In this document: piece by piece, positions 1 through 9,245 of the stretch
How positions within the stretch are numbered: position 1 is the stretch's first letter
Layout of the letters: every line of letters starts with the position of its first letter
Assembly: GCA_019750455.1 (NCBI GenBank)
Contig: JAIEOM010000031.1
Span: forward strand, 2,810-66,809
Reading direction: 5' to 3'
DNA: 64,000 nt
Source: Sphingomonadales bacterium
GTDB lineage: Bacteria; Pseudomonadota; Alphaproteobacteria; Sphingomonadales; Sphingomonadaceae
Translations under genes and position numbers: made by a program
The notes under the pieces: model-generated
Database searches by the model: none
What the model was told of the DNA's origin: nothing
The model's input: the letters and a program-made list of their open reading frames with translations, nothing else

Positions 1-679
1 AGGTCTTCTTGTCGCCCTTGAGCAGCCCGCCGCTCCCCACCGCATCGCGGAACGGGCCGTAGAAGGCGCTGGCATACTTGGCGGCATAGGACATGATCTG
101 CACGTTCGGGTGCGCGTTCATCTCCAGCGCCATGCGGATCGCCTTGATGCGGCCGTCCATCATGTCGGACGGGGCGATGATATCCGCCCCCGCACTGGCC
201 TGATTGACCGCCTGATCGACCAGCATCGCGACCGTATCGTCATTGACGACATAGCCCGCCGCATCGACCAGCCCGTCCTGCCCGTGCGAGGTATAGGGAT
301 CGAGCGCGACGTCGGTCAGCACGCCGATATCGTGGCCGCAGGCATCCTTGATGGCGCGGATCGCCTGGCACATCAGGTTGTCGGGATTATGCGCCTCGGC
401 CCCGTCATCCGTGCGCAGCTCGCGCGGGGTGTTGGGGAACAGGGCGATGACCGGAATGCCCAGCGCCACCGCTTCCTTCGCCCGCGCGACGATGCCGTCC
501 ACCGACCAGCGCGAAACGCCCGGCAATGTTGCGATCGGTTCCTCCACACCCTTGCCCGAGGTCACGAACAGCGGCCAGATCAGGTCTGCCGGCGTGATCA
601 GGGTCTCGCGGTGCAGCGCGCGGCTCCAGCCGTGGGCGCGGGTGCGGCGCAGGCGGGTGTTGGGATAGCTTGCAGTCAT
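1..679 (-). CDS. hemB: porphobilinogen synthase (delta-aminolevulinate dehydratase), N-terminal ~226 codons; rest lies beyond window start
   Basis: Own minus-strand translation from ATG (rc of 677-679): MTASYPNTRLRRTRAHGW...; in-frame VLTDVALDPYTSHGQD and IIAPSDMMDG motifs; open to the window edge, so absent from the ORF track. Confidence 0.85.
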   Translation of the reverse strand, partial: MTASYPNTRLRRTRAHGWSRALHRETLITPADLIWPLFVTSGKGVEEPIATLPGVSRWSVDGIVARAKEAVALGIPVIALFPNTPRELRTDDGAEAHNPDNLMCQAIRAIKDACGHDIGVLTDVALDPYTSHGQDGLVDAAGYVVNDDTVAMLVDQAVNQASAGADIIAPSDMMDGRIKAIRMALEMNAHPNVQIMSYAAKYASAFYGPFRDAVGSGGLLKGDKKT

Positions 680-723
680 GGGCGAAGGCTTACGCTCAAT
701 CGCGGCTTGACGACAAGCGTTGG

Positions 724-2469
724 TTACAGCCGGCGGGCTGCGTCAACCTTCTCGATCTCGCGCACCGGCTCCCTGACCTCGCCGGGGGCGGGGGCGAGAT
801 CCTTGAGCGCGGCGCCAACCTCGATCTCCTTCAGCTTGATCAGCTGGCGGCGGAAATCGATCAGTTCGGTGCCCGAAAGCAGCGCGCGGCTGACGAACTG
901 GACACTCGCCGGGTTCACCTGCCGCCCGCCGCGATACATCTCGTAATGGAGATGCGGGCCGGTGGAGAGGCCGGTCGATCCGACATAGCCGATCACCTGA
1001 CCGCGCCGCACCTGCATGCCCGTGTTCACCGCCATCCGGCTCATGTGGCAATAGCGCGTGGAAAGCCCGCCGCCATGCTCCAGCCGCACGGCGATCCCGC
1101 AGCCGCCGGCGCGGCCCGCGGCGGTTACCCGCCCGTCGCTCACCGCCACGATCGGCGTGCCGTATGACGCCTTGAAGTCCATGCCGGCGTGCATCCGCAT
1201 ATAGCCGAGGATCGGGTGGCGGCGCATGCCGAAGTTCGATGTGACCGCTCCCGGCACCGGCGCCAGCAGCCCGCGGCGCTGTTCGCCCACGCCCGATGCC
1301 TCGTAGAACCGCCCTTCGCTCCCCCAGCGCATCAGCTGGGTGCGCGACTTCCCGGCGCGGTCGACCCCTGCATAGAGCAGCTGCCCCGCCTGCCGTTCGC
1401 CGGTGGCGGCGCGGCGATAGGCGAGGATGATGTCGAATTCGTCGGACGGGCGGACCTCGCGGTCCATGTCGATCTGCGCATCGAGCGCCTTCAGATATTC
1501 CTGCACCGCGCTCGCCGGAACGCCGGCGGCGCGCATCGAGCGGTAGAGGCTCGAGCCGACCATGCCGCGCACCCGCAGCGGTGTCTCGTCGACCCGGATG
1601 ACGTTGCGTTGCAGCGCCAGCGGGCCCGAGGGGATCACCGGCGTGCCATCGGGATTGACCTCCCCCACCCCGGGACGGGTCAGCGCCAGTTCCAGATCGA
1701 AACGCGCGCGGAACGAGAGGCTGTCGAGCGGGCGCGGCTGGCCCGGCGCGGTGCGGCGGCCAAGCACGAGGTCCATCTGCGTGCCCGGCTGGATATCGCC
1801 CACCGCCACGGCCTGCCCGACCAGTGCGGCGGCGCGGTCGATATCCTCGCCCGCCACGCCTGCACGGCGCAGCATCGAGGCGAAGCTATCTCCCGGCGCG
1901 AGGGTCACGACCATCTGGATCTGCGGCCGCTCCGGCGCGCTTTTCAGGGGGACCACTGCCTGAGTCGGCCCCATCCGGCGGCCGCTATCGGCCCCCAGCG
2001 CGAGCGGCAGGATCATCTGGCTGCGCATCTCGCTGTCCACTTCCTCGCCCACCGGCATGGCCGGGCGCGCTTCGAGCGGGGTGAGATCCGGCCAGAACGC
2101 CAACGCCACCGCGCCCAGCCCGACCATCGTCCCCAACCCGCGCAGCCAGCGGCGGCTGCCGATATCCTCGGCAAGATCGGGGGCAAGATCGAGGCGGTCG
2201 AACCAGCGCGAGGCGTCAAGACGCCAGGCTTCGTAGCCTTGCCCGTAGGCCGCCAGCCGCGCGGCAATCCGGCGGCGCATCTGCTGGGCGAAGGTCGGGG
2301 GCGCAAGCTTGCGGGAATTGCGCAGATAGGGGAGCAGTTCGCGGGCGGTTTCCGGATCGACCGGTGCATTGACCGGCACGAGCGCACGGGCTTGCGACGG
2401 CACGGCGTCAGCCTCGTGCGTGCCCTCGTCCGCCCCGGCGTCGGTCAGTTTGCGCGCGTGATCCAACAT
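724..2469 (-). CDS. M23 family metallopeptidase (LytM/murein endopeptidase-like)
   Basis: ORF 724..2814(-); C-terminal HAGMDFKASYGTPIVAVSDG ... GSTGLSTGPHLHYEMY zinc-peptidase motifs; start placed at internal ATG 2469 (MLDHARK) because the upstream extension is Arg/Gly-rich and overlaps the divergent helicase gene; start uncertain. Confidence 0.8.
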   Translation of the reverse strand: MLDHARKLTDAGADEGTHEADAVPSQARALVPVNAPVDPETARELLPYLRNSRKLAPPTFAQQMRRRIAARLAAYGQGYEAWRLDASRWFDRLDLAPDLAEDIGSRRWLRGLGTMVGLGAVALAFWPDLTPLEARPAMPVGEEVDSEMRSQMILPLALGADSGRRMGPTQAVVPLKSAPERPQIQMVVTLAPGDSFASMLRRAGVAGEDIDRAAALVGQAVAVGDIQPGTQMDLVLGRRTAPGQPRPLDSLSFRARFDLELALTRPGVGEVNPDGTPVIPSGPLALQRNVIRVDETPLRVRGMVGSSLYRSMRAAGVPASAVQEYLKALDAQIDMDREVRPSDEFDIILAYRRAATGERQAGQLLYAGVDRAGKSRTQLMRWGSEGRFYEASGVGEQRRGLLAPVPGAVTSNFGMRRHPILGYMRMHAGMDFKASYGTPIVAVSDGRVTAAGRAGGCGIAVRLEHGGGLSTRYCHMSRMAVNTGMQVRRGQVIGYVGSTGLSTGPHLHYEMYRGGRQVNPASVQFVSRALLSGTELIDFRRQLIKLKEIEVGAALKDLAPAPGEVREPVREIEKVDAARRL

Positions 2470-2677
2470 CCCTGCCCCGAAGCGGTGCCCTTGCCCGGGC
2501 GAATGTGCCGCCACCCGTGGCGAAACCCCAAGGCACGGCCTTTGTCCCATATCTGTGCCAGAACAAAGTAAATCCGCTCTTAACCAGCGACCAGTCGCGC
2601 TACGCGTGCGATAAGGTGTTGTGCGTATATGCGTGCGGGCCTCTCCCATGGCCTTGCCCCCCCGCTGCAAGCCTGCG

Positions 2678-5455
2678 ATGACCTTGCGGGTCGTGACCCA
2701 GCCCCCACCTTCCCGCCCCGCCGACGACAGCCGCGTGCGCGCCGTGCTCGGGCCGACCAACACCGGCAAGACGCATCTGGCGATCGAGCGGATGTGCGGC
2801 CATTCGAGCGGCATGATGGGCTTCCCGCTTCGGCTGCTGGCGCGCGAGGTTTATGACCGGGTGCGCGCGATCAAGGGCGACAAGCAGGTGGCGCTGATCA
2901 CCGGCGAAGAACGGATCGAACCGCCCGACGCAAGCTATTTCCTCTGCACCGCCGAAGCCATGCCGCGCACGGCGAACCAGCACGCCTTTGTGGCGCTGGA
3001 CGAGGCGCAACTGGGCGCGGACCCCGAACGCGGACATATCTTCACCGACCGGCTGCTGCATGCGCGCGGGCGGGAGGAAACGATGATCCTCGGCTCTGCG
3101 ACGCTCGAACCGATGGTCAAGGCGCTGATCCCAAAGGCCGAGATCACCAGCCGCCCGCGCTTTTCCACCCTTAGCCACGCGGGCGTGTGCAAACTCTCGC
3201 GCCTGCCAAAGCGCAGCGCCGTGGTCGCCTTTTCTGTCGAGCAGGTCTACGCCATGGCTGAGGCCCTGCGGCGCTTCCGCGGCGGCGCGGCGGTGGTGAT
3301 GGGCGCGCTCTCGCCCGAAACCCGCAACAAGCAGGTCGCGATGTTCCAGGCGGGCGAGGTCGATTACATCGTCGCCACCGACGCGATCGGTATGGGTCTC
3401 AACCTCGATCTCGATCATGTCGCCTTCGCCGCGCTTTCGAAGTTCGACGGGCGCAGGAAGCGCCGCCTGACCCCTTCGGAAATGGCGCAGATTGCCGGGC
3501 GTGCGGGGCGGCACCAGCGCGATGGCACCTTCGGCACGCTTTCGGGGACGGGCAAGGGGGACGGCGAGCCGCTCCAGTTCACCGACGAGGAAGTCTACGC
3601 AATCGAGGAGCACAAGTTCGCGCCCCTCACCCACCTGTTCTGGCGCGATGCCGATCCGCGCTTCGACCGGCTCGAAACGCTGATCGCCGATCTGGAGGCG
3701 CGGCCCGACAATGCGGTGCTCAAGGCCGCGCCCGAGGCGATCGATCTTGCCGTGCTGAAGCGCCTTGCTGCCGATCCCATCACGGACAGCGTGCGCGGCG
3801 CAGGCAGCGTGCGGCGCTTCTGGGAGGCGTGTTCGCTCCCCGATTTCCGCTCTCTGGGGGTGGAACAGCACGCGCGCTTCATCGCCCGGCTGTGGGACGA
3901 CTTGCGCGGCGGTTATCTCGGCGCGGATTTCGTCGCCGCGCGCATCGCCGAGCTTGACCGGATGCAGGGCGACATCGACACGCTCCAGGGCCGGATTGCG
4001 GCGATTCGCAGCTGGGCCTACATCTGCCAGCGCCCCGATTGGGTGCTGGCGCGCGACGAAATGGCCGCGCGGGCACGCGCGGTCGAGGCGAAGCTCTCGG
4101 ATGCGCTGCACGCGCGGCTGACCGAGCGTTTCGTGAACCGAAGGACGACACTCTTGATGAAATCGCTGGGTCAGGATGCAAGCGCGCTGCCCGTTACGCT
4201 CGAACCCGATGGCCATCTGACGGTGGAGGGCGAGAGCATCGGCCGGCTGGAGGGGTTCCGCTTCCATGTCGATCCCTCGGCGGGTGTTGCGGACCGCCGG
4301 ATGCTGCTGGCGGCAGGGGAGAAGGCCCTGCCCGCACTGCTCGCCGAACGCGCCGAATGGCTGCTGTCGCAGGGCGCGAACGAGCTGGAAATCAGCGGCG
4401 GCGCGATCCGCTGGCAGGGCCGTGCCCTTGCTGACATCACCTTCCCCGGCCACCCCGGCTCGGGCAATTTCGGCACGCCCCGGCTTGCCATGACCCGCGA
4501 TGTCGCGCTGCTGCCCGATGCGGCGAAGGCGAAGCTTGAGGCGGGGCTGGCCGCGTGGCTCGACGAGCAGCTCGAACCGCTCGAGCCGCTGCGCAAGCTC
4601 GCCGAAGCCGCGCGCGATCCGAACGCGGGGTCGCAGGCGCGCGCGCTGGTCATCACCCTGATCGAAGCGCGCGGCGTGATCAGCCGCGAGGAAGCGGGGC
4701 TGGAAAACCTGCCCAAGGAAATGCGCCCGTATCTGCGCAAGCTGGGCGTGACCTTCGGCGCGCTCGACATCTTCGATGCCCCGCTGCTGAAGCCCGCCCC
4801 GCGCCGCTTGTTGCACGCGCTCGGGCTGGACAAGCGCGCGGTGCAGGAGGCGATGCTGCCGGTGCTGGCCGAGGGGAGCTGGACCAAGGGCCGTCTGCCC
4901 GCCGGGTATCGCTATGCCGGGAGCCAGGCGATCCGCGTCGATCTCGCCGAAAAGATCTTCCGCGCCGCCTTCGAAGCGCGCAGCGTCGTCACCACCGCAC
5001 ACCCGAAGGAGCGCAACCGCTCGTTCCGGGTCGATCTGTCGCTCGCCGTCTCGGTGGGTCTGGAAGCCGACAACGCCCGCCGCCTGCTTGGCAGTGCGGG
5101 CTTCCGGGTCGAGCGCGCACGGCCTCTGCCGGAAGGTGCGCAAGGTGCCCCCGCACCAGACCGCTGGTACTGGCGGCCGCGCCGTCCGGGGGAGAAGGAC
5201 GAGAAGCGCGGCGCCAAACCGGGCCACGACCGCCGCCCCGATCGCAAGGATGGCCGGAAAGGCCAGCGCCCCGATCAGGATCAGAAATCCGGCGCCCCGC
5301 GCGGCAAGGGTCCGCAGGGTGGCTCCAGACCCCCGCGTGAGGGCGGCAAACGCGGCCTTGACCCCCGCCAGACCCCTTCCAGACCCCCGGTCGACACCGG
5401 TCCGGCGCGTGCTGGCGGCGCGTTCGACAAACTGGCGGACCTGCTCAAGGGATGA
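2678..5455 (+). CDS. SUV3-like ATP-dependent RNA/DNA helicase with basic low-complexity C-terminal tail
   Basis: ORF 2621..5455(+); Walker A GPTNTGKTH, DEAQL box, helicase C-domain region (VATDAIGMGLNL); start ambiguous (GTG 2621, ATG 2648, ATG 2678). Confidence 0.8.
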   Translation: MTLRVVTQPPPSRPADDSRVRAVLGPTNTGKTHLAIERMCGHSSGMMGFPLRLLAREVYDRVRAIKGDKQVALITGEERIEPPDASYFLCTAEAMPRTANQHAFVALDEAQLGADPERGHIFTDRLLHARGREETMILGSATLEPMVKALIPKAEITSRPRFSTLSHAGVCKLSRLPKRSAVVAFSVEQVYAMAEALRRFRGGAAVVMGALSPETRNKQVAMFQAGEVDYIVATDAIGMGLNLDLDHVAFAALSKFDGRRKRRLTPSEMAQIAGRAGRHQRDGTFGTLSGTGKGDGEPLQFTDEEVYAIEEHKFAPLTHLFWRDADPRFDRLETLIADLEARPDNAVLKAAPEAIDLAVLKRLAADPITDSVRGAGSVRRFWEACSLPDFRSLGVEQHARFIARLWDDLRGGYLGADFVAARIAELDRMQGDIDTLQGRIAAIRSWAYICQRPDWVLARDEMAARARAVEAKLSDALHARLTERFVNRRTTLLMKSLGQDASALPVTLEPDGHLTVEGESIGRLEGFRFHVDPSAGVADRRMLLAAGEKALPALLAERAEWLLSQGANELEISGGAIRWQGRALADITFPGHPGSGNFGTPRLAMTRDVALLPDAAKAKLEAGLAAWLDEQLEPLEPLRKLAEAARDPNAGSQARALVITLIEARGVISREEAGLENLPKEMRPYLRKLGVTFGALDIFDAPLLKPAPRRLLHALGLDKRAVQEAMLPVLAEGSWTKGRLPAGYRYAGSQAIRVDLAEKIFRAAFEARSVVTTAHPKERNRSFRVDLSLAVSVGLEADNARRLLGSAGFRVERARPLPEGAQGAPAPDRWYWRPRRPGEKDEKRGAKPGHDRRPDRKDGRKGQRPDQDQKSGAPRGKGPQGGSRPPREGGKRGLDPRQTPSRPPVDTGPARAGGAFDKLADLLKG

Positions 5456-5826
5456 ATGGCGCGCAGTCGATCAGGATCGACCGGCTGCTCGTCTACCTGC
5501 GCTTCGCCCGCACCCGCTCCGCCGCCGACGCGCTGATTGCGGGGCATGCCGTGCGCTGCAACCGCCAGCACGTGCTGCGCGGCGCGCATGGCGTGCGGGT
5601 TGGCGATGTGCTGACCCTCGCCCTTGGCGGAACAGTCAGGGTGATCCAGATCCTCGCCCTGCCCGACCGGCGCGGCTCGCCCGCCGCCGCGCTTTCGCAT
5701 TATCGGGAGGTTGACGTTTTTAGTGAGATTGACGGGGCCGGGCTTGACCCTAAAGGGCAAAACACCATAGGCGCTTGGGCGCCTGTGCCGGGCATTGCGT
5801 CCGGCGATCCCGAAGACTTCTCGTGA
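5452..5826 (+). CDS. RNA-binding S4 domain protein (Hsp15/HslR-like)
   Basis: ORF 5452..5826(+), [32 protein letters not shown]4-type N-terminus; ATGA start/stop overlap with helicase. Confidence 0.65.
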   Translation: MNGAQSIRIDRLLVYLRFARTRSAADALIAGHAVRCNRQHVLRGAHGVRVGDVLTLALGGTVRVIQILALPDRRGSPAAALSHYREVDVFSEIDGAGLDPKGQNTIGAWAPVPGIASGDPEDFS

Positions 5827-5836
5827 AAGAGCCGCA

Positions 5837-6175
5837 ATGACTTACGTCGTCACCGAAGACTGCATCAAGTGCAAGTACACCGACTGCGTGGAAGTGTGTC
5901 CGGTCGACTGTTTCTACGAAGGCGAGAACATGCTGGTGATCAATCCCAGCGAGTGCATCGATTGCGGCGTGTGCGAACCGGAATGCCCGGCCGAAGCGAT
6001 TCTTCCCGATACGGAAGACGGCCTCGAAAAGTGGCTCGAACTCAACACCAAGTTTTCGGCTGTGTGGCCCAACATCACCAGCCAGAAGGCCCCGCCCGAG
6101 GATGCCGATGCGCACAAGGGCGAAAAGGACAAGTTCGAGAAGTACTTCAGTGACGCCCCGGGCGACGGCGACTGA
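5837..6175 (+). CDS. fdxA: 7Fe ferredoxin (3Fe-4S + 4Fe-4S)
   Basis: [29 protein letters not shown] ... [12 protein letters not shown] cysteine pattern; internal ATG 5837 of ORF 5795..6175. Confidence 0.9.
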   Translation: MTYVVTEDCIKCKYTDCVEVCPVDCFYEGENMLVINPSECIDCGVCEPECPAEAILPDTEDGLEKWLELNTKFSAVWPNITSQKAPPEDADAHKGEKDKFEKYFSDAPGDGD

Positions 6176-6443
6176 TCCCTTGCGCGCTGCGGCGCGGATC
6201 AGGCCTGCCTGTGACCTATCGGAAACGCCGACTCGCAATTTTGTTGCAGGCGTGCTATATAATAGGTCGACCGCGCCGGGCCCCTAGCCCGCGCAGGCGT
6301 TGAAACCAGGAAGGCCCGACACCAGCAACCCCCCAACCGGATGATCCGCACCCGGCGTCTGGCCCCGTGAGGGGTTGGGTCGCGCCGCCGGGCAAGGCGT
6401 CCCTCTCCCCTGTTGCCGGGTCGGCCGATTGAAAGGAACGTGC

Positions 6444-6977
6444 ATGGCGAGCACCGCGAACGCATTCACCGTCGGCGATTATGTTGTTTACCCGAAGCAC
6501 GGCGTTGGCCGGGTGGTCGAGCTCCAGAGCGAGGAAATCGCCGGAATGCAGCTCGAACTCTATGTCCTGCGTTTCGAGAAGGAGCGCATGACGCTCCGCG
6601 TGCCGGTCAACAAGGTCGAAGCCATCGGGATGCGCAAGCTTTCGTCGGACAAGACGCTCAAGCAGGCGATGGAAACCCTCAAAGGCAAGCCCAAGGTTAA
6701 GCGCACCATGTGGTCGCGCCGCGCCCAGGAATATGAAGCGAAGATCAACTCGGGCGACCTCGTGTCGATCGCCGAAGTGACCCGCGATCTGTTCCGCCCC
6801 GAAGACCAGCCCGAGCAGTCCTATTCGGAACGCCAGATCTTCGAAGCGGCCTCGAGCCGCCTCGCCCGCGAACTCGCGGCGATGGAAGAAACCGACGAGC
6901 CGACCGCACTGGGCAAGATCCTCGACGTGCTGCGCGAACACGCTCCGCAGTACTACGAAAGCGCCGAGGAAGCGTAA
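6444..6977 (+). CDS. carD: CarD/CdnL family transcriptional regulator
   Basis: MASTANAFTVGDYVVYPKHGVGRVVELQ... typical CarD N-terminal RNAP-interaction domain; GAAAGGAA RBS upstream of ATG 6444. Confidence 0.9.
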   Translation: MASTANAFTVGDYVVYPKHGVGRVVELQSEEIAGMQLELYVLRFEKERMTLRVPVNKVEAIGMRKLSSDKTLKQAMETLKGKPKVKRTMWSRRAQEYEAKINSGDLVSIAEVTRDLFRPEDQPEQSYSERQIFEAASSRLARELAAMEETDEPTALGKILDVLREHAPQYYESAEEA

Positions 6978-7002
6978 GCCTTCTGCGCCACGAGCGAACA
7001 GC

Positions 7003-7037
7003 AAAGGGCCGTCCTTCGGGGCGGCCCTTTCCGTTTG
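7003..7037 (+). terminator. intrinsic terminator after carD
   Basis: aaagggccgtcc-TTCG-ggggcggcccttt 12-bp stem with a TTCG (UUCG in RNA) tetraloop, followed by ccgtttgtg. Confidence 0.7.
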
Positions 7038-7106
7038 TGCTGGACTGTCCGGGCAAGGTGTATTACACATGCAACACGCCATAAGGCTTTCGGGAGAGAG
7101 ACAGTC

Positions 7107-7886
7107 ATGACCCACCCCTTCCACCGGCACATCGCCCTGCCCGCGTTCGCCGTGCTAGCCGCCGCGCTCGGTGGCTGCGAGGGCGGGGATGTCGAGATCA
7201 ACGGCCAGAAGGGCGTGCCGCTCTCCGAAATCGAAATCGCCGGACCGCCGCCTACCAATGTGTTCCTCGCCTCGGGCGACAACGTCATCGTCACCGAAGG
7301 CAACACCTTCGCGATCACGGTCGAGGGCAGCGACACCGATTCCCTGCGATTCGTGCGCGACAAGGAAGTGATCGGCATCACCCGCGTCGAAGGCTGGAAC
7401 GGCAAGACCGATGCGACCATCCGGATCACCATGCCTGCCCCCAAGGAAATCATCATCGGCGGAAGCGGCACGGTGAAGGCACCCACACTCGCCAGCGAGG
7501 CCGACATCAATATCGGTGGCAGCGGAACTGTGGAATTCGACCGGTTCAACGGCCAGACGCTCGGCATCAACATCGGGGGGAGCGGCACGGTGCGCGGCGC
7601 GGGCACCGCCAAGGAGCTCGAAATCCTGATCGGCGGCGCGGGCGAGATCGAAATGCCGGGGCTGAAGGCCGATCAGGCCGAAGTCACCATCGGCGGAACC
7701 GGCGATGTCGCCTTCGCGTCGGACGGGACGGTCGAGGCCAATATCGGCGGTGCGGGAGACATCAAGGTGACGGGGAATGCCAAGTGCACCTTCAACGCTT
7801 TCGGCTCCGGAACATTGACCTGTACCCCCGCTGGCACCGGCACCACTGCCGCTCCGGCTCTGCCCCCCGCAAAGCCCGCGGGCTGA
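7107..7886 (+). CDS. lipoprotein with repeated IGGSGTV beta-helix-like units (DUF2807/GIN-domain-like)
   Basis: MTHPFHRHIALPAFAVLAAALGGC lipobox; six repeats of the type I(N/I)IGG(S/A/T)G(T/E/D)(V/I). Confidence 0.6.
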   Translation: MTHPFHRHIALPAFAVLAAALGGCEGGDVEINGQKGVPLSEIEIAGPPPTNVFLASGDNVIVTEGNTFAITVEGSDTDSLRFVRDKEVIGITRVEGWNGKTDATIRITMPAPKEIIIGGSGTVKAPTLASEADINIGGSGTVEFDRFNGQTLGINIGGSGTVRGAGTAKELEILIGGAGEIEMPGLKADQAEVTIGGTGDVAFASDGTVEANIGGAGDIKVTGNAKCTFNAFGSGTLTCTPAGTGTTAAPALPPAKPAG

Positions 7887-7927
7887 TGTTCATCGGGCGC
7901 TAACCGGTGCAGGGCGATAAGGGGGCC

Positions 7928-8257
7928 ATGTCCGTGTCGCGCCTTCTCCTGCTCGCCTGTGCCAGCATCGCCTTGCAGGGCTGTGTCGCCAAAGCGGTGG
8001 TCAGCGCGGTAACGCTGCCGGTCAAGGTCGCGAGCCGCGGCGTCGATCTCGCCACCACCAGCCAGTCGGAAGCGGACGAGAAGCGGGGCCGCGAAATTCG
8101 CAAGCGCGAGGAGCGTCTCGGCGAACTCGAGCGGGATTACGACAAGCAGATGGACCGCTGCGCCGATGGCAACGACGAAGCGTGCGAGAAAGCGCAGGCC
8201 ATCAGGGCAGAGATGAAAGCGATCATGCCCGGCATCCCGATCGAGCCTGAACGTTAA
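7928..8257 (+). CDS. small lipoprotein with charged coiled-coil-like C-terminus
   Basis: MSVSRLLLLACASIALQGC lipobox; internal ATG of ORF 7907..8257. Confidence 0.5.
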   Translation: MSVSRLLLLACASIALQGCVAKAVVSAVTLPVKVASRGVDLATTSQSEADEKRGREIRKREERLGELERDYDKQMDRCADGNDEACEKAQAIRAEMKAIMPGIPIEPER

Positions 8258-9171
8258 GCCGCAGCCCGCCGCAACCGGTCATTGATCGCGCGGCCCACGC
8301 CCTCGTCAGGCACTGGGGCAACGGCAATACGCGGCTGCGGAGCGCGGGCAGCTTCGTGCAGAGCAGCATAGAGCCGCGCCGCCGCTTCCGTAAGATCGCC
8401 GCTGGCTGACAGCGTCACATCACCGGACACCGCACCGAAGCCGATCAGGAACTCGTCCTCCTGCGCAGCGAACGCATTCAGCCGCACCGGCTTGCCGGGA
8501 GCGTAGTGGCTCGCGAGCTGGCCGGGAGCCTCGATGGTCATGCCGCCGCCACGGATGCCCACCGCAATCGGTCCCGGGCGCAGCTCTTCCACGCTGCCGT
8601 CGGCGCGCACGGCAACGATGGTCGATTCCAGCCCTGCCCGCGTTGCGCCGCCATCCAGCAGCATGTCGATCCGCCCGTCGAGCGAGGCGAGGACATGGTC
8701 CGGCGTGGTCGGACTGATGAACCCGCTGCGGTTGGCCGAGGGCGCGGCGAGCGGGAAGTCCACCGCTTCCAGCAGGGCGCGCATGGCCGGATGGGCCGGG
8801 GCGCGCAGGGCAATGGTGGGCAGGCCCGCCGTCACCGCTTCGGCCAGCCCGGCCTCCGCACGGCGCGGCAACACCAGCGTCAGCGGACCGGGCCAATGGG
8901 CTGCGGCCAGCGCGCGGGCCTCGGAGGAGAATTCGGCATAACGCGCTGCCTGCTCAACCCCGCTGACATGCACGATCAGCGGGTTGAAATCCGGCCGCCC
9001 CTTCGCGGCATAAATCCGCGCCACCGCCTCGGCGCTGTCGGCGCGTGCGGCAAGGCCGTAGACTGTTTCGGTCGGCACCGCGACAAGCCCGCCCGAATCG
9101 AGGATTCGCGCCGCCTCGGCGATCCCCGCGGCGTCTGCCAGCCGCACTTCCGTAACGTTCTTGCCGCTCAT
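8254..9171 (-). CDS. tsaC: L-threonylcarbamoyladenylate synthase (Sua5/YwlC/YrdC type, two-domain)
   Basis: ORF 8254..9171(-): GGLVAVPTETVYGLAA, PLAAPSANRSG motifs plus Sua5-type C-terminal domain. Confidence 0.85.
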   Translation of the reverse strand: MSGKNVTEVRLADAAGIAEAARILDSGGLVAVPTETVYGLAARADSAEAVARIYAAKGRPDFNPLIVHVSGVEQAARYAEFSSEARALAAAHWPGPLTLVLPRRAEAGLAEAVTAGLPTIALRAPAHPAMRALLEAVDFPLAAPSANRSGFISPTTPDHVLASLDGRIDMLLDGGATRAGLESTIVAVRADGSVEELRPGPIAVGIRGGGMTIEAPGQLASHYAPGKPVRLNAFAAQEDEFLIGFGAVSGDVTLSASGDLTEAAARLYAALHEAARAPQPRIAVAPVPDEGVGRAINDRLRRAAA

Positions 9172-9245
9172 GCCCGGGCGCTATATTCGTTTCGCCGCCC
9201 TGCCAAGAGCAGGCGCAATTTCCATTCTTGAGGACGCCCCCAGAA

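Noticed and set aside
2600-5227. 875-aa ORF on the minus strand, antisense to the helicase gene
   Set aside because: The composition is Arg/Ala/Gly/Pro-rich with no motifs, and it lies exactly antisense to a gene with clear helicase motifs. This is a typical high-GC shadow ORF.
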